DNA of 42,344 bases from IMG/VR virus record IMGVR_UViG_3300022917_000018, positions 1 through 42,344 of that record; one strand, 5' to 3'. Positions 15,316-24,618 of this stretch are shown piece by piece. The number at the start of each line of letters is the position of its first letter. Positions within the stretch are counted from its first letter, which is position 1. A program made the translations under genes and the position numbers. This DNA is from a virus (Duplodnaviria; Caudoviricetes). The notes under the pieces are model-generated. The model was not told the DNA's origin, searched no databases, and was given only the letters and a program-made list of their open reading frames with translations.

Positions 15316-15387
15316 ATAGCTCTCCTAATTGGTTTAGACAATCCGCATTGTAGCAGGTAGCTAATCCTAAGATCATTAAATGGCATA

Positions 15388-15408
15388 GAAAAAGACCCCG
15401 AAGGGTCT
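15388..15408 (-). terminator. Intrinsic terminator
   Basis: AGACCC-TTCG-GGGTCT followed by T-tract. Confidence 0.85.
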
Positions 15409-15411
15409 CCT

Positions 15412-15492
15412 CTACTTGCGCTTGCTGATTACTCTTGATGCAGCGGCAAGCCCCAGTACACTTACAATAAGTAAGGTCGTAAAAACTACCAT
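15412..15492 (-). CDS. 26-aa hydrophobic peptide with basic C-terminus (type I toxin-like), not in ORF track
   Basis: MVVFTTLLIVSVLGLAAASRVISKRK; GGGGGA RBS; own promoter and terminator. Confidence 0.6.
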   Translation of the reverse strand: MVVFTTLLIVSVLGLAAASRVISKRK

Positions 15493-15510
15493 CTATCCCC
15501 CGATAATACT

Positions 15511-15590
15511 AAAAGAGCAATCTTCTGGTGATTAGGCCATGTATCCCGAAGGATACGTGAAGATTGCTCTTTTGTGTTGGCCTAATCACC
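15511..15590 (-). promoter_or_regulatory. Interleaved-stem (A-B-A'-B') 5' leader with cUUCGg hairpin
   Basis: GGTGATTAGGCC/GGCCTAATCACC (12 bp) and AAAAGAGCAATCTTC/GAAGATTGCTCTTTT (15 bp); TATAAT at 15595-15600. Confidence 0.75.
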
Positions 15591-15602
15591 TTTGATTATA
15601 CA

Positions 15603-15761
15603 CTAGACCATTCGGGCAGCAAAGTCCGCCATAAAGACTACAATACCCACTAGGATCCCTACGAGTACCGCAATGGGATCGGTAACTTTACAGCTGTTAA
15701 GTAGATAGCGTGTCAGAAAGCCCGCTATAAGGGCTAGGATTAGATTAATTAATAGTTCCAT
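15603..15761 (-). CDS. 52-aa two-TM membrane protein (holin/antiholin-like), not in ORF track
   Basis: MELLINLILALIAGFL...IAVLVGILVGIVVFMA; follows holin. Confidence 0.65.
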   Translation of the reverse strand: MELLINLILALIAGFLTRYLLNSCKVTDPIAVLVGILVGIVVFMADFAARMV

Positions 15762-15763
15762 AT

Positions 15764-15955
15764 CTATAAACCTTTCTTGTTAGGAACGCTTATCACACCA
15801 CCAGCTGTGATAGCTGCAATCAGCGGCTGTAGCCAAAGGGCGTCAGGGAAGTAGTTGGATAGCAGTGTCATTAGGAAACCAGCGGCGGCTACCCAGAACT
15901 TAGCGTATACCTCTGGTCGTTCAAAAACATCTTTCGCATAATCTAATATACTCAT
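15764..15955 (-). CDS. Holin
   Basis: Two TM segments, YAKFWVAA...GVISVPNKK; adjacent to endolysin. Confidence 0.7.
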   Translation of the reverse strand: MSILDYAKDVFERPEVYAKFWVAAAGFLMTLLSNYFPDALWLQPLIAAITAGGVISVPNKKGL

Positions 15956-16653
15956 TTCAATAACTCCTTAATCTTTCTAAATTTCTCGGCATCTGACTGG
16001 TCGGTCGTTGACGCCGTCTGTATCTGGTCATAGGCCACAAGCTTATCGTTCTGGCTGCGCCATTTGTCATAGTTCACGAGTGCCCTAACGACTTCCGCAT
16101 ACGGCTGGCCCTTTACCGACTGTATAGCGTCGTCGCTAATGTTCTCGGGAACCTCGTGTAATATAGCAACGAACAGATCGCGCGCCTTATTGTCAGTATC
16201 AATCATCTCATCTCCTCTCTTGCTGCTTAATGCTATCATCGGGTTAATGTATCCCCTATAGCCATTGGTCATATCAGGACTATGAGGCCGGACACCCCAA
16301 TGCAGGTGCGGGCCTGTGACTTCACCGGTGGCCCCAGTGTAGCCAATTAACTCTCCCTCTTGCACCTCCTCGCCTGGATAGGCCAGACGCTTAGAGAGGT
16401 GTAGTAGCCAGTGCTCGAAGCTATCGCCCTGGATTATAATGGTCTCCCCGGCTACATACCGGCCGCTCCTGTCGTCTGTCAGGCCATTTGCTGACTTTAG
16501 AATGTAGCCATGTTCTGGGGCGTATACAGGCTTAGGTACTAACGCACGGCAGTCACAGCCATGATGGCCGACAAGCCCCCACTGTGCATAGTCGTAGCCG
16601 TTCTCGCCAAAACCCTGGACAATATCAATTTCTTCGTCTAATGGATAACGCAT
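15952..16653 (-). CDS. Endolysin, M23 family peptidase
   Basis: HHGCD (HxxxD), HLS, GATGEVTGPHLH (HxH), INP. Confidence 0.85.
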   Translation of the reverse strand: MRYPLDEEIDIVQGFGENGYDYAQWGLVGHHGCDCRALVPKPVYAPEHGYILKSANGLTDDRSGRYVAGETIIIQGDSFEHWLLHLSKRLAYPGEEVQEGELIGYTGATGEVTGPHLHWGVRPHSPDMTNGYRGYINPMIALSSKRGDEMIDTDNKARDLFVAILHEVPENISDDAIQSVKGQPYAEVVRALVNYDKWRSQNDKLVAYDQIQTASTTDQSDAEKFRKIKELLK

Positions 16654-16654
16654 G

Positions 16655-17107
16655 TTACTCTACCCTGAACTCATTGGAGGTCTTGTTCTCCGTGAAGTTT
16701 CTAATTAGTCTTATTTTGTATGCTGTTGAGATGCTCACTCGACATGTAGAACCTTTAGGCACTACAGGCACGAGGATACCTATTTCCCTATCCTTGTAGA
16801 TGCCCTTCTTGGTCGATGCCGGGGCGTCTACTAGGCTGGCGGTGTATTTGTCATAGACCCCACGGGAATTCTTACACTGGATATAACGGTCGGATTGCAG
16901 AGCCTTAGCGTTCTGAAGCTTCTCGAATGATGCCTGGAGCTTTATTACATCTCCTGTCGCGTACTTAGGCTCAGGTGCTACTAACTGCCATGTACTGTCT
17001 TTTATTACGTCTGCACCTGGGAAGAAGTAGATGTAATTGAGAGCAATGGCTACTACGAATATGATGACGACGGTGGCGTAGGCTGCGTACACATCTAGGC
17101 GTTTCAT
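16655..17107 (-). CDS. N-terminally anchored membrane protein of lysis cassette
   Basis: N-terminal TM, two Cys. Confidence 0.7.
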   Translation of the reverse strand: MKRLDVYAAYATVVIIFVVAIALNYIYFFPGADVIKDSTWQLVAPEPKYATGDVIKLQASFEKLQNAKALQSDRYIQCKNSRGVYDKYTASLVDAPASTKKGIYKDREIGILVPVVPKGSTCRVSISTAYKIRLIRNFTENKTSNEFRVE

Positions 17108-17388
17108 TTAAGTTGTCCTTGTAACAGGAAGAATAGGAGACCGATAAGACCGGTGATGAGCGTACCGATGATTGTCCAGAATAGCGTTTTCATGGGGCGG
17201 TTCTCCTCTTTAGTCATGTACGTGTCTTTCACTTCCTTTTTAAACTCCTCAAACACTGCTATAGGTACCGCGCTCTGGGCATCGATCTTGGACTCTATAC
17301 GGTCGAGACGCCTATTTGTCTCCGCTCTGCCCATCTCTATCTCTTTTTTGAGAACCCGTACGTCCCCTTCACTGTCTGTCGAATTCAT
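17104..17388 (-). CDS. Coiled-coil protein with C-terminal TM (XhlA-like lysis accessory)
   Basis: RLDRIESKID...LFWTIIGTLITGLIGLLFFLL. Confidence 0.65.
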   Translation of the reverse strand: MNSTDSEGDVRVLKKEIEMGRAETNRRLDRIESKIDAQSAVPIAVFEEFKKEVKDTYMTKEENRPMKTLFWTIIGTLITGLIGLLFFLLQGQLK

Positions 17389-18255
17389 CTATGCAGCCTC
17401 ATACTCGAACGTAAGGTCAAAGTAGTCGTTGTTAGTCCATGGCGAAGTAGGCGTGGATGCGTTAACTGGTACTATGTTTCCGTAGCTACCTGATACGTCC
17501 ATGGTTCGTACCTCGCCTACGGTGGTATTTATAGCTGCGAATGCGTTATACGTAAGGCCATTGTTGATAGCTACACCTGTGCCAACGACATTGATATTTG
17601 CGCCATATTGCGATGCGGCTGTTACGGGCAGGGTGAATGTTGGGGCTGTACCCATTACAGATGTTGAGCCAAAGACGACCTTAATATATGCTGTCACCTT
17701 TTTGCCTATCTGAGTGTATCGGGCAGTAACCGTACCGTTCCCAAGTGATAGGTTGGCAAGTGTAGGTGTCCAAGCTGTCCATCCCCAGCTTGTGCCTGAG
17801 CCTGCTTGCAAGTAGTTTGGGATGATAGAGCTAGCTGGCAGAGTTGCCGTGGTAGACACCGAGAGGGTGGTAGCCGTAATGTCGGTGTGCTTGCCTTGCG
17901 TGTCATGTTCGTCGAGTAGAGCCTGAGCTAAGTCATCTCCCCAAGCAGCTGTAGGCATACATTCAATGATGTCGCCGATGTTGTTACCTATATCAGTCCC
18001 AGCGCGTAGCTGAAGGGCGGTAATTGTGGTGCCGCTTACAAGACCCTTCCAGTCACACTGCGTACCATCTATTTTCTCGTTATTCGTGTCAACCTGGTAT
18101 GTAGCGAAGTGCACGGCGGTCGTGGCGCTTTCCCATCCACTAAATGCCGCACCGCTAAGTGTGGTCACGCCAGGTGATCGGGTAGCAGTCACAGTCGTTG
18201 GTACTGGTCTGGAACCGTCGGTAGTCTTTGTAATCTTATCGTTAATCGAGGCCAT
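17389..18255 (-). CDS. Tail fibre / receptor-binding protein
   Basis: Thr/Gly-rich; WTAWTPTL...ARYTQIGKKV...FTLPV...FEYEAA C-terminal domain. Confidence 0.75.
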   Translation of the reverse strand: MASINDKITKTTDGSRPVPTTVTATRSPGVTTLSGAAFSGWESATTAVHFATYQVDTNNEKIDGTQCDWKGLVSGTTITALQLRAGTDIGNNIGDIIECMPTAAWGDDLAQALLDEHDTQGKHTDITATTLSVSTTATLPASSIIPNYLQAGSGTSWGWTAWTPTLANLSLGNGTVTARYTQIGKKVTAYIKVVFGSTSVMGTAPTFTLPVTAASQYGANINVVGTGVAINNGLTYNAFAAINTTVGEVRTMDVSGSYGNIVPVNASTPTSPWTNNDYFDLTFEYEAA

Positions 18256-18265
18256 AATGTTTCTC

Positions 18266-20254
18266 CTATGAAATGTCCTTAGTTCCTATGCGTACAAACC
18301 GAATGATTACGTCAGAGAGTTGATAACTTACGCCCCTGGCGACACTAGTAAGCTCCCAGGTCAACCACTGAAGCTCCTCATCAACTTCAATGACCACTGG
18401 TTCGTTCGCATCGCCAGTTTGGATCGGCACTCTTATAACTTCGCTCCAACCCCTCTCGCTCCAACCAGCACCGCCCCAGCCTGTGACCGAAGCGCTGGAA
18501 ATGAAGTTCTGCCCACCAACACTAGCTAGCATCGAGTCCTCGGTTTTACCTGCCACACGCAAGCTGATAGCTCCTTGCGGCCTTTGGAGGAAGAAGGTGA
18601 CATCTATAACCTTTGCCCACTCCAGACCGTCCTCAGAGAACTTCAGGAGGCCGGATGTTGCGCTGGTGGGAAAAGCTACGCCATCATCACTTGTGGCGCT
18701 CGTGTACGTGAATTCATATATGACGTTGTTAGCTATAGTGCAAAAGTGGACAACACCGTTATTGTCGTTGTACAGCCACATCCATTCCGCTTCCATATTC
18801 CAAGGCTTCATCCACGCCCCGTCACGGTCGAGGTCGAGCACCCAGATCTCATTGTTTGTGCTCGTGCCAACTGGTAACGAGTAGTAGAGTTTTCCTTCGA
18901 ACCCGAGGCCAACGGCATTCTTCATGGCATCGTTATTCAAGTTCCTAATATCTGTCTGGATGGTGTTAGATACGCGGTTAGTTGAGAGGATGTTCTGTAA
19001 TTGAGGCTTGGTACCTGTAGTTTTGAATCCATCACGAGATGGGTACCACAGTGAGTCGTTATAAAGAATGACAGCATCAGGGGAGTCAGTTCCGTCTTGC
19101 CCGTTGTCTTCTACAATGTCAAAGAAGTTAATAATAGTTTCACCTATAGTCGTGGAATTAGGGCTCATAAGGTAGCGCTTGCCACGTCCAGAAGTACCAC
19201 GACACAGAACGGTGATCTGAGCGTTGCCCTTACCATCACGGAATGGCATGACCTTAACGGGGAACTCTTTTGAGCCCTTAGCTATCTCGACATAGCCACC
19301 GCCGTTAAAGGGCGAGAAGTCCAGTACAAACTTACCAGTGCCGCCGAAGCGTACATAGCGAGGGTTGTCTTTATCGCCTACTAGAAATATCTGGCCGTTT
19401 ATAACCTTGCCACGGGTAACCTTTGGCCCTGCTGTAGAATCAGAGACGGGTGCTAAGCGTGTCGAATCTTGGGCATATGATCCGTCATCAACAAGCTCAA
19501 GTCCATTTACGCCCGCTGCGATTAAGAACTCGCTGCCTGATACTGAACCCATGTAAACGTTGTAGCTTGAAGCACTAGATACCGCCGACCAGGTAACCTT
19601 TACGTTATTAGTAGTACTGTCCCACGTCTCACGAACTGCACCAACGGAGACAGAGCCAGCGACCGAGCCAGCTGTCTCGCCTACTGTGCTGTTAGCTGTA
19701 ATACGGTAAGTATAGGTATACGTTGTACCTACTAGACCGGTTTTCGTAACTGTCGGGGCTGTTGGAGTAGTTAGGGCCGTGAACGGTACTACTGTAGGCG
19801 TGCCGCCCGATGTGGTGATGTCGTAGTAGCTTAAGTTATCCTCGCCGTTCATGACTAACACCTTGTCGTCGATCTGCTCGAAGTGAGCTGCAGCGGTGTT
19901 GTTATACGTCTTGCCTGTAGTTGCTACCCAAGCAGCACCGTCTTTACGCACATACGGACGAGTGGTACCAGACACGTTTTGCATGCATATTTCCCAGTTC
20001 TCGCTAGAACCGGACAATGTACGCACAAACTCAAAAACTTCACCAAGCACAGTGCCAGTCGGTTGGATGCCGTAGCGTACACGTGAGGGTCGTGGACGAA
20101 GAGTACCGTCCTGGTCAAGGACTACGTTGCCAGAGCTTCGTAGGCCATCCGTAGGCGTCCTGCCATCGTCGTAGGCTGTGACTGTACCTTTAAGCCAGTC
20201 TTTGAAGGAAAGACGTTCTATCTTTGGCTTAGGGTATTGAGTGGCTTTAATCAC
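18266..20254 (-). CDS. Tail tubular/nozzle (P22 gp10 / T7 gp12-like) protein with Fn3-like insertion
   Basis: NVVLDQDGTLRPRP start, beta-rich, TWSAVSSASSYNVY. Confidence 0.7.
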   Translation of the reverse strand: MIKATQYPKPKIERLSFKDWLKGTVTAYDDGRTPTDGLRSSGNVVLDQDGTLRPRPSRVRYGIQPTGTVLGEVFEFVRTLSGSSENWEICMQNVSGTTRPYVRKDGAAWVATTGKTYNNTAAAHFEQIDDKVLVMNGEDNLSYYDITTSGGTPTVVPFTALTTPTAPTVTKTGLVGTTYTYTYRITANSTVGETAGSVAGSVSVGAVRETWDSTTNNVKVTWSAVSSASSYNVYMGSVSGSEFLIAAGVNGLELVDDGSYAQDSTRLAPVSDSTAGPKVTRGKVINGQIFLVGDKDNPRYVRFGGTGKFVLDFSPFNGGGYVEIAKGSKEFPVKVMPFRDGKGNAQITVLCRGTSGRGKRYLMSPNSTTIGETIINFFDIVEDNGQDGTDSPDAVILYNDSLWYPSRDGFKTTGTKPQLQNILSTNRVSNTIQTDIRNLNNDAMKNAVGLGFEGKLYYSLPVGTSTNNEIWVLDLDRDGAWMKPWNMEAEWMWLYNDNNGVVHFCTIANNVIYEFTYTSATSDDGVAFPTSATSGLLKFSEDGLEWAKVIDVTFFLQRPQGAISLRVAGKTEDSMLASVGGQNFISSASVTGWGGAGWSERGWSEVIRVPIQTGDANEPVVIEVDEELQWLTWELTSVARGVSYQLSDVIIRFVRIGTKDIS

Positions 20255-20936
20255 CCCAGCCGTCCGTATCGACTCTCGCTAAGGGGTTCCAAGGACGCAG
20301 AACTTCTGATAGTTGCGCCTCGTTATCCTGCTTCATCCGTTCCATGCAGCCGTTGGCCTCGGATATAAGATCAGCACGAAGGTCTTTGCGCGTTATGTCG
20401 TTTCGCACATAGTCCGCAGCAACCACGAAGACAAGCCAGTTAGGGTCGTCTACAGGCACCTCGCCAGTCGCGGCTACCATCTTCTCGGGGAATAGATATA
20501 CGGGTAGGAATATCTCACCACCGTATTGGGGATTGGAGGACAAGAATGCCTTGTTAAAACGGACTGTACGGCCAACTTGTGCTGCGTAATGACCAGAGCT
20601 TTCATCATAGCTGCGTAGTCTATCTGCCTTAACTAAATCGTAGTCAGTCCATTGGGTGCCGTTAGTATGTACAATGCGTAAGAAGTCGTCTTCTTGCTGG
20701 CTGATCTTTCGTATAGTCTCGTCGAGGTCATAAGTTTGCTCGGTTGTTACGGTGCCTATCGAAAAGGCTGGGTCGTATAGAGAGTTCCAGTCAACATTTA
20801 ACTCGCGCGACCACTGGTCAATGTAGAAGTTACCGCTAGATACAAGGTTATTCCACTTGGTACTTCCCACGGGAAATGTAGGTAGCTTACCTGTAGCTGC
20901 CCTGAATGCCTGCTGCACAAATTCGGTTGTAGTCAA
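20247..20936 (-). CDS. Head-tail adaptor (P22 gp4 / T7 gp11-like); likely TTG start
   Basis: Size and position directly before nozzle gene; TTG at the base of the leader hairpin. Confidence 0.6.
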   Translation of the reverse strand: MTTTEFVQQAFRAATGKLPTFPVGSTKWNNLVSSGNFYIDQWSRELNVDWNSLYDPAFSIGTVTTEQTYDLDETIRKISQQEDDFLRIVHTNGTQWTDYDLVKADRLRSYDESSGHYAAQVGRTVRFNKAFLSSNPQYGGEIFLPVYLFPEKMVAATGEVPVDDPNWLVFVVAADYVRNDITRKDLRADLISEANGCMERMKQDNEAQLSEVLRPWNPLARVDTDGWGD

Positions 20937-21032
20937 CGTCGAGCCTAACAGAAAAAGCAAGGAGGGTTGCTCTTACGTGCAACACGTTCCTTGCTTTTTT
21001 AGGTGACGTCTTTTTCTGAGGCTATTATATCA
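20934..21032 (-). promoter_or_regulatory. TGaTATAAT promoter plus start-codon-sequestering leader hairpin with CACCTAAAAAAG.A.GGAAC motif
   Basis: Motif 20986-21005; AAAAAGCAAGGA/TCCTTGCTTTTT stem; GACGTC/GACGTT base. Confidence 0.7.
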
Positions 21033-21035
21033 CGT

Positions 21036-24000
21036 TTAGGCGATCTTCGTACGCGCACCTGTCAGCTTGTTGAGTGCCGTATTAGTGATCTTAGGGGAGC
21101 GCACCTTTGGCACACTGAATTTTGGTGAGCGAGTGCCCTTGACGGCAAAGCGTGATTGGCGCACTCGGCCTACTTTTGGTAACTGTATAGCTTTAGCCAT
21201 CCTGGTCGAAGCGGCTTTGGCGGCCTTTGCAGTTTTAGCTTTTGTACCGTCAGAGCCTTTCTTTGCTGGTGCGATGCCAGTCTTGAACTTCAGACTGGGA
21301 GTAAGACCAGCGTCATGTAACTTCTGATCATATTCACTGAGCTGCGCAACGAGCTTATTGCCGTCTGGGTTTGTTGTCACGTAATCGTATATTTGCTGCT
21401 TGCTGAGGCTGTAGAGATCACGTAAGTCTTTATCGTATGTAGAGCCAACCTCAAGTTTCTTGAGCGCACGGACACGTTCTACGTCTTTAACTCCTGATAT
21501 TTTGCCGTCCTTCTTGTCCTGCTCGTATTTCTCTTTGGCTGCTTTGTATTCGGCCTCCGGTGAGGAACGTAGATCAGTAGTGGAGCTTGAGCTATAGCCT
21601 AGCTCTTTCTTCTTATCTTTAACGTAACTTCTAAGTCCGTCTAACTTCTCTTTCGTGATAGTGCCTTGGCTAACGAGTTTCTCTTGGTCAACTTTAGACA
21701 GTTGAGATATAGCGTAGTCGTCTTTGCTGAGAGATGACTTGAAATCCTTACTGCGCTGCCTGCTATCAGCCTTCAAAGTGTCAGCAGTTGTGGCGGCTCC
21801 CGTTTCCTTCTTACCGACGTCGGCGTCGGCCTCTTTCTTGAATGGGAGCAGCCTATTCTTCACGGCCGTTCCTACAATTGGTACCTGCTGGAGGCCAAAC
21901 CTAGATATGGGCGTAAGGTCGGTGTAGCTTTCTGGTGTCTTGCCAGCTACTACCTTGCCCTCTAACCTCGACTCATCTGTTGGGGTATTCTTGCGTTGGA
22001 TAGCTTCAGAGATTGCACCTGCACCTTGGGCGGCGACACCGACGGCTGGGCCACCAAATGCACCTACCGCCATAGTGGTACGCCTGTCAGATGGGATGTA
22101 TTTACTACCCACTGGATTGAGTGTTTGGTATAGGTCAAAAGCAAGGCCAGCGCCACCGACGTTCTGGAACGCTGATAAGCCAACTTTCTTCTTATCCTCT
22201 TCCTCAGGCCGCCCGGCTATAACACGCTTAGTTTCATACAAAGCGTAGCCTAGTGGTAGAGCTGCTAATAATCTTGCTAAGGGCAAAAGGTTGCCACGGG
22301 CGATTGGTTTCAGTATCTCGTTACTCACAAACTTACCCTGGCTATAGCTAAAGGTTCTGAACTGGGCTACTAGCTTGCCCCCTGGGGTATCGACCCATCC
22401 AGGCAAGTCTTGGGGATCGACCTTAAACTGTGTCTTCTCGACGACTTTGCGTGCTACCTGTATTTGCTGTTCAGGAGTAAGCGTCTTATTCCTTATCTCC
22501 CCGGTGACACCGAGCCTACGCAACGTCCTCTCATCGCCCTTTTGTGCTAGGCGTAGCCCATAGTCTCTTCCGGCGGTGGCAGATATGGAGCGGTTAATCT
22601 TCTCTACAGTACCGAAGAGCGGCGCGGTAATCGCTTTGATTGTCCTGCCTGCCGCTCGTGCGCCAAAAGTGTCACCCCGCTGGGTGCGCATATCATTGAG
22701 AACTGCGTCAGCTATAACGCCAGTGTCGCCTACAAATGCCCTAGTCTTTGGGTCGAGTTGTTTAGCAGCCGCTGCCAAGGTACGCATGTGACCTGTAACT
22801 ATACCTGTATTGACGTTCTGGGAGACATTCGTTAGTGCTCCTAAGCCTAAGCGGGTCGTAGTTATGTATCTCCTAATATTCTGAGACACATTGGTGGTGG
22901 TGGGGTTATATTGTTTTGCGCCAACGGCGACATCGTATGCATTCTTGGCGGCTTCTGTGTCCCCACCTTCCTGTCCGATTTGAGAGATCAGCTTTAGAGC
23001 CTTTTCATCCTTAGCGCCAAATGTCTCCGTCTGTGCGATTCGTTTGCCCGAACCAGATAAGTAGCTTATAAGGCTGTTTGGGGTCTTGTCGTAGAATGGC
23101 AAGTCTACTAAACGAGAGGCTTCGAGGTTGCCGAACTGCCGATTACGTGATGTATCACGGGCGAAACCCAACAGCTTGATAGCCTCGTCTTGATTAGGCG
23201 CTTGGCCTGTCTCCACGAGATGATTTATCGCCTTGTTAAAGGTGTTAGTGTCCTTAAATACACGGTCGTAATCGATAAAGTGAGGGTAATAGTTCTCACC
23301 AAGGTCGCCTACATCAAGCCCCGCATCGACTGCCCGTTGTCTAATCGCTGGATGTAGGGCCTTCCATTCCTGCACGGCTTGCGCGATACGAGGGTTAAGA
23401 GGTTTGGCAAGTCCTTGTGTAGCATCTACGAAGTTCTCGAAAGCCTTGCCCTTAAGCTTACGGAGAGTTGGTATCTGCTTCTGAACACCGGCTAGTAGCA
23501 ACTCTTGAGTGTCGCGACCCTGTTGCAACATTGAGCCAAGGACTTTACCACTCTCACCCTGTCGCTCAATCACTGAGCGGGTGGAACGGAGTGCCTTAGA
23601 GATATTTCCCTCACGCTTTGTATTACGTATAGGTAGAGGTTGTTCTGGATTCATCGCCGCCTGCATACGCGCCTTAGCCGCTTCCACTGCACCCGGGGCA
23701 GATCCTGTACCAGATAGAGCGGGATCGTCTAAGGCCTTAGCAATACGCTCTGCCTCTTGTACGTTACCGCTATTATGGGCTGCTTCATATGCTCGCTGTA
23801 ACTCGGCCTGCGGTCGAGTGTTACCGGAGTTAACTATGTCGGCAGCGGTGGGTTCAGGCTTCGAGCTAGGGATCTTTGCAAATCCACCCTCACCGAGATC
23901 TGTGTTCACCTTCTTTGCTGTTTGGACAGTTTTACGTACACCTGCACCAACGAATGGAGCTGCGACACCAGCGCCTGCACCTAGGCCACCGCCCAGAGCG

Positions 24001-24617
24001 GTGTTTGTGGCTACGGCACGTATTGACTGGGGTAAGTTCTGCTCTTCCTTAAGAGACGTTGCTACACCCTGAGCAGCACCAAATCCAGCACCAACTTTAG
24101 CGCCAGCAATTGCACCTTGCTTAATAATAGGACGTATTGCAGCCTTTGCACCTTGTGCAGCGAGTCTAGCACCACCACCTATAGGCGCGACGCCAGCTAT
24201 AGATATAACGTCCTGTAGAGCTTGTCCTGCTTGTTGTTGGCCGCTACCTGAGTATGGGTTACGCTGTTGCAAGAGCTTTCCGGCGTTTCCTTCAGCCTTG
24301 AGCGCTGGCTCTAAGAAATTGTTGTCTACGAATCTAGTTACAGGATTACTGAGTGAGCGTATTGCTGGGATATTCTTAACTGCCTGATAAGCCTGTGGAG
24401 CTTGTTGCAAGACACGTCCTACTGGCGCGGCAGCACGAGCAATAGGAGTATTACCAGCTGCTTGGGCTGCCTGCTGGATAACGCTCTGCTGATTAGTGGG
24501 TGTACGCTGGTTAAACGTCCTACCATTATCGAGAACGTTTACCTGGTCATACACTCGGCTAGCAGTATCAGCTACTTGCTGAGCACGGTCTCTTGCCCAT
24601 TTGATTATGTTGGCCAT
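21036..24617 (-). CDS. Large internal-virion / DNA-ejection protein (start revised to MANIIK)
   Basis: ~1190 aa, Ala/Gly/Gln-rich hydrophobic segments, basic tail; GGAG RBS. Confidence 0.65.
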   Translation of the reverse strand: MANIIKWARDRAQQVADTASRVYDQVNVLDNGRTFNQRTPTNQQSVIQQAAQAAGNTPIARAAAPVGRVLQQAPQAYQAVKNIPAIRSLSNPVTRFVDNNFLEPALKAEGNAGKLLQQRNPYSGSGQQQAGQALQDVISIAGVAPIGGGARLAAQGAKAAIRPIIKQGAIAGAKVGAGFGAAQGVATSLKEEQNLPQSIRAVATNTALGGGLGAGAGVAAPFVGAGVRKTVQTAKKVNTDLGEGGFAKIPSSKPEPTAADIVNSGNTRPQAELQRAYEAAHNSGNVQEAERIAKALDDPALSGTGSAPGAVEAAKARMQAAMNPEQPLPIRNTKREGNISKALRSTRSVIERQGESGKVLGSMLQQGRDTQELLLAGVQKQIPTLRKLKGKAFENFVDATQGLAKPLNPRIAQAVQEWKALHPAIRQRAVDAGLDVGDLGENYYPHFIDYDRVFKDTNTFNKAINHLVETGQAPNQDEAIKLLGFARDTSRNRQFGNLEASRLVDLPFYDKTPNSLISYLSGSGKRIAQTETFGAKDEKALKLISQIGQEGGDTEAAKNAYDVAVGAKQYNPTTTNVSQNIRRYITTTRLGLGALTNVSQNVNTGIVTGHMRTLAAAAKQLDPKTRAFVGDTGVIADAVLNDMRTQRGDTFGARAAGRTIKAITAPLFGTVEKINRSISATAGRDYGLRLAQKGDERTLRRLGVTGEIRNKTLTPEQQIQVARKVVEKTQFKVDPQDLPGWVDTPGGKLVAQFRTFSYSQGKFVSNEILKPIARGNLLPLARLLAALPLGYALYETKRVIAGRPEEEDKKKVGLSAFQNVGGAGLAFDLYQTLNPVGSKYIPSDRRTTMAVGAFGGPAVGVAAQGAGAISEAIQRKNTPTDESRLEGKVVAGKTPESYTDLTPISRFGLQQVPIVGTAVKNRLLPFKKEADADVGKKETGAATTADTLKADSRQRSKDFKSSLSKDDYAISQLSKVDQEKLVSQGTITKEKLDGLRSYVKDKKKELGYSSSSTTDLRSSPEAEYKAAKEKYEQDKKDGKISGVKDVERVRALKKLEVGSTYDKDLRDLYSLSKQQIYDYVTTNPDGNKLVAQLSEYDQKLHDAGLTPSLKFKTGIAPAKKGSDGTKAKTAKAAKAASTRMAKAIQLPKVGRVRQSRFAVKGTRSPKFSVPKVRSPKITNTALNKLTGARTKIA

Positions 24618-24618
24618 G

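Noticed and set aside
17389-18255. Diversity-generating retroelement targeting the fibre
   Set aside because: No reverse transcriptase and no TR/VR repeat pair seen.
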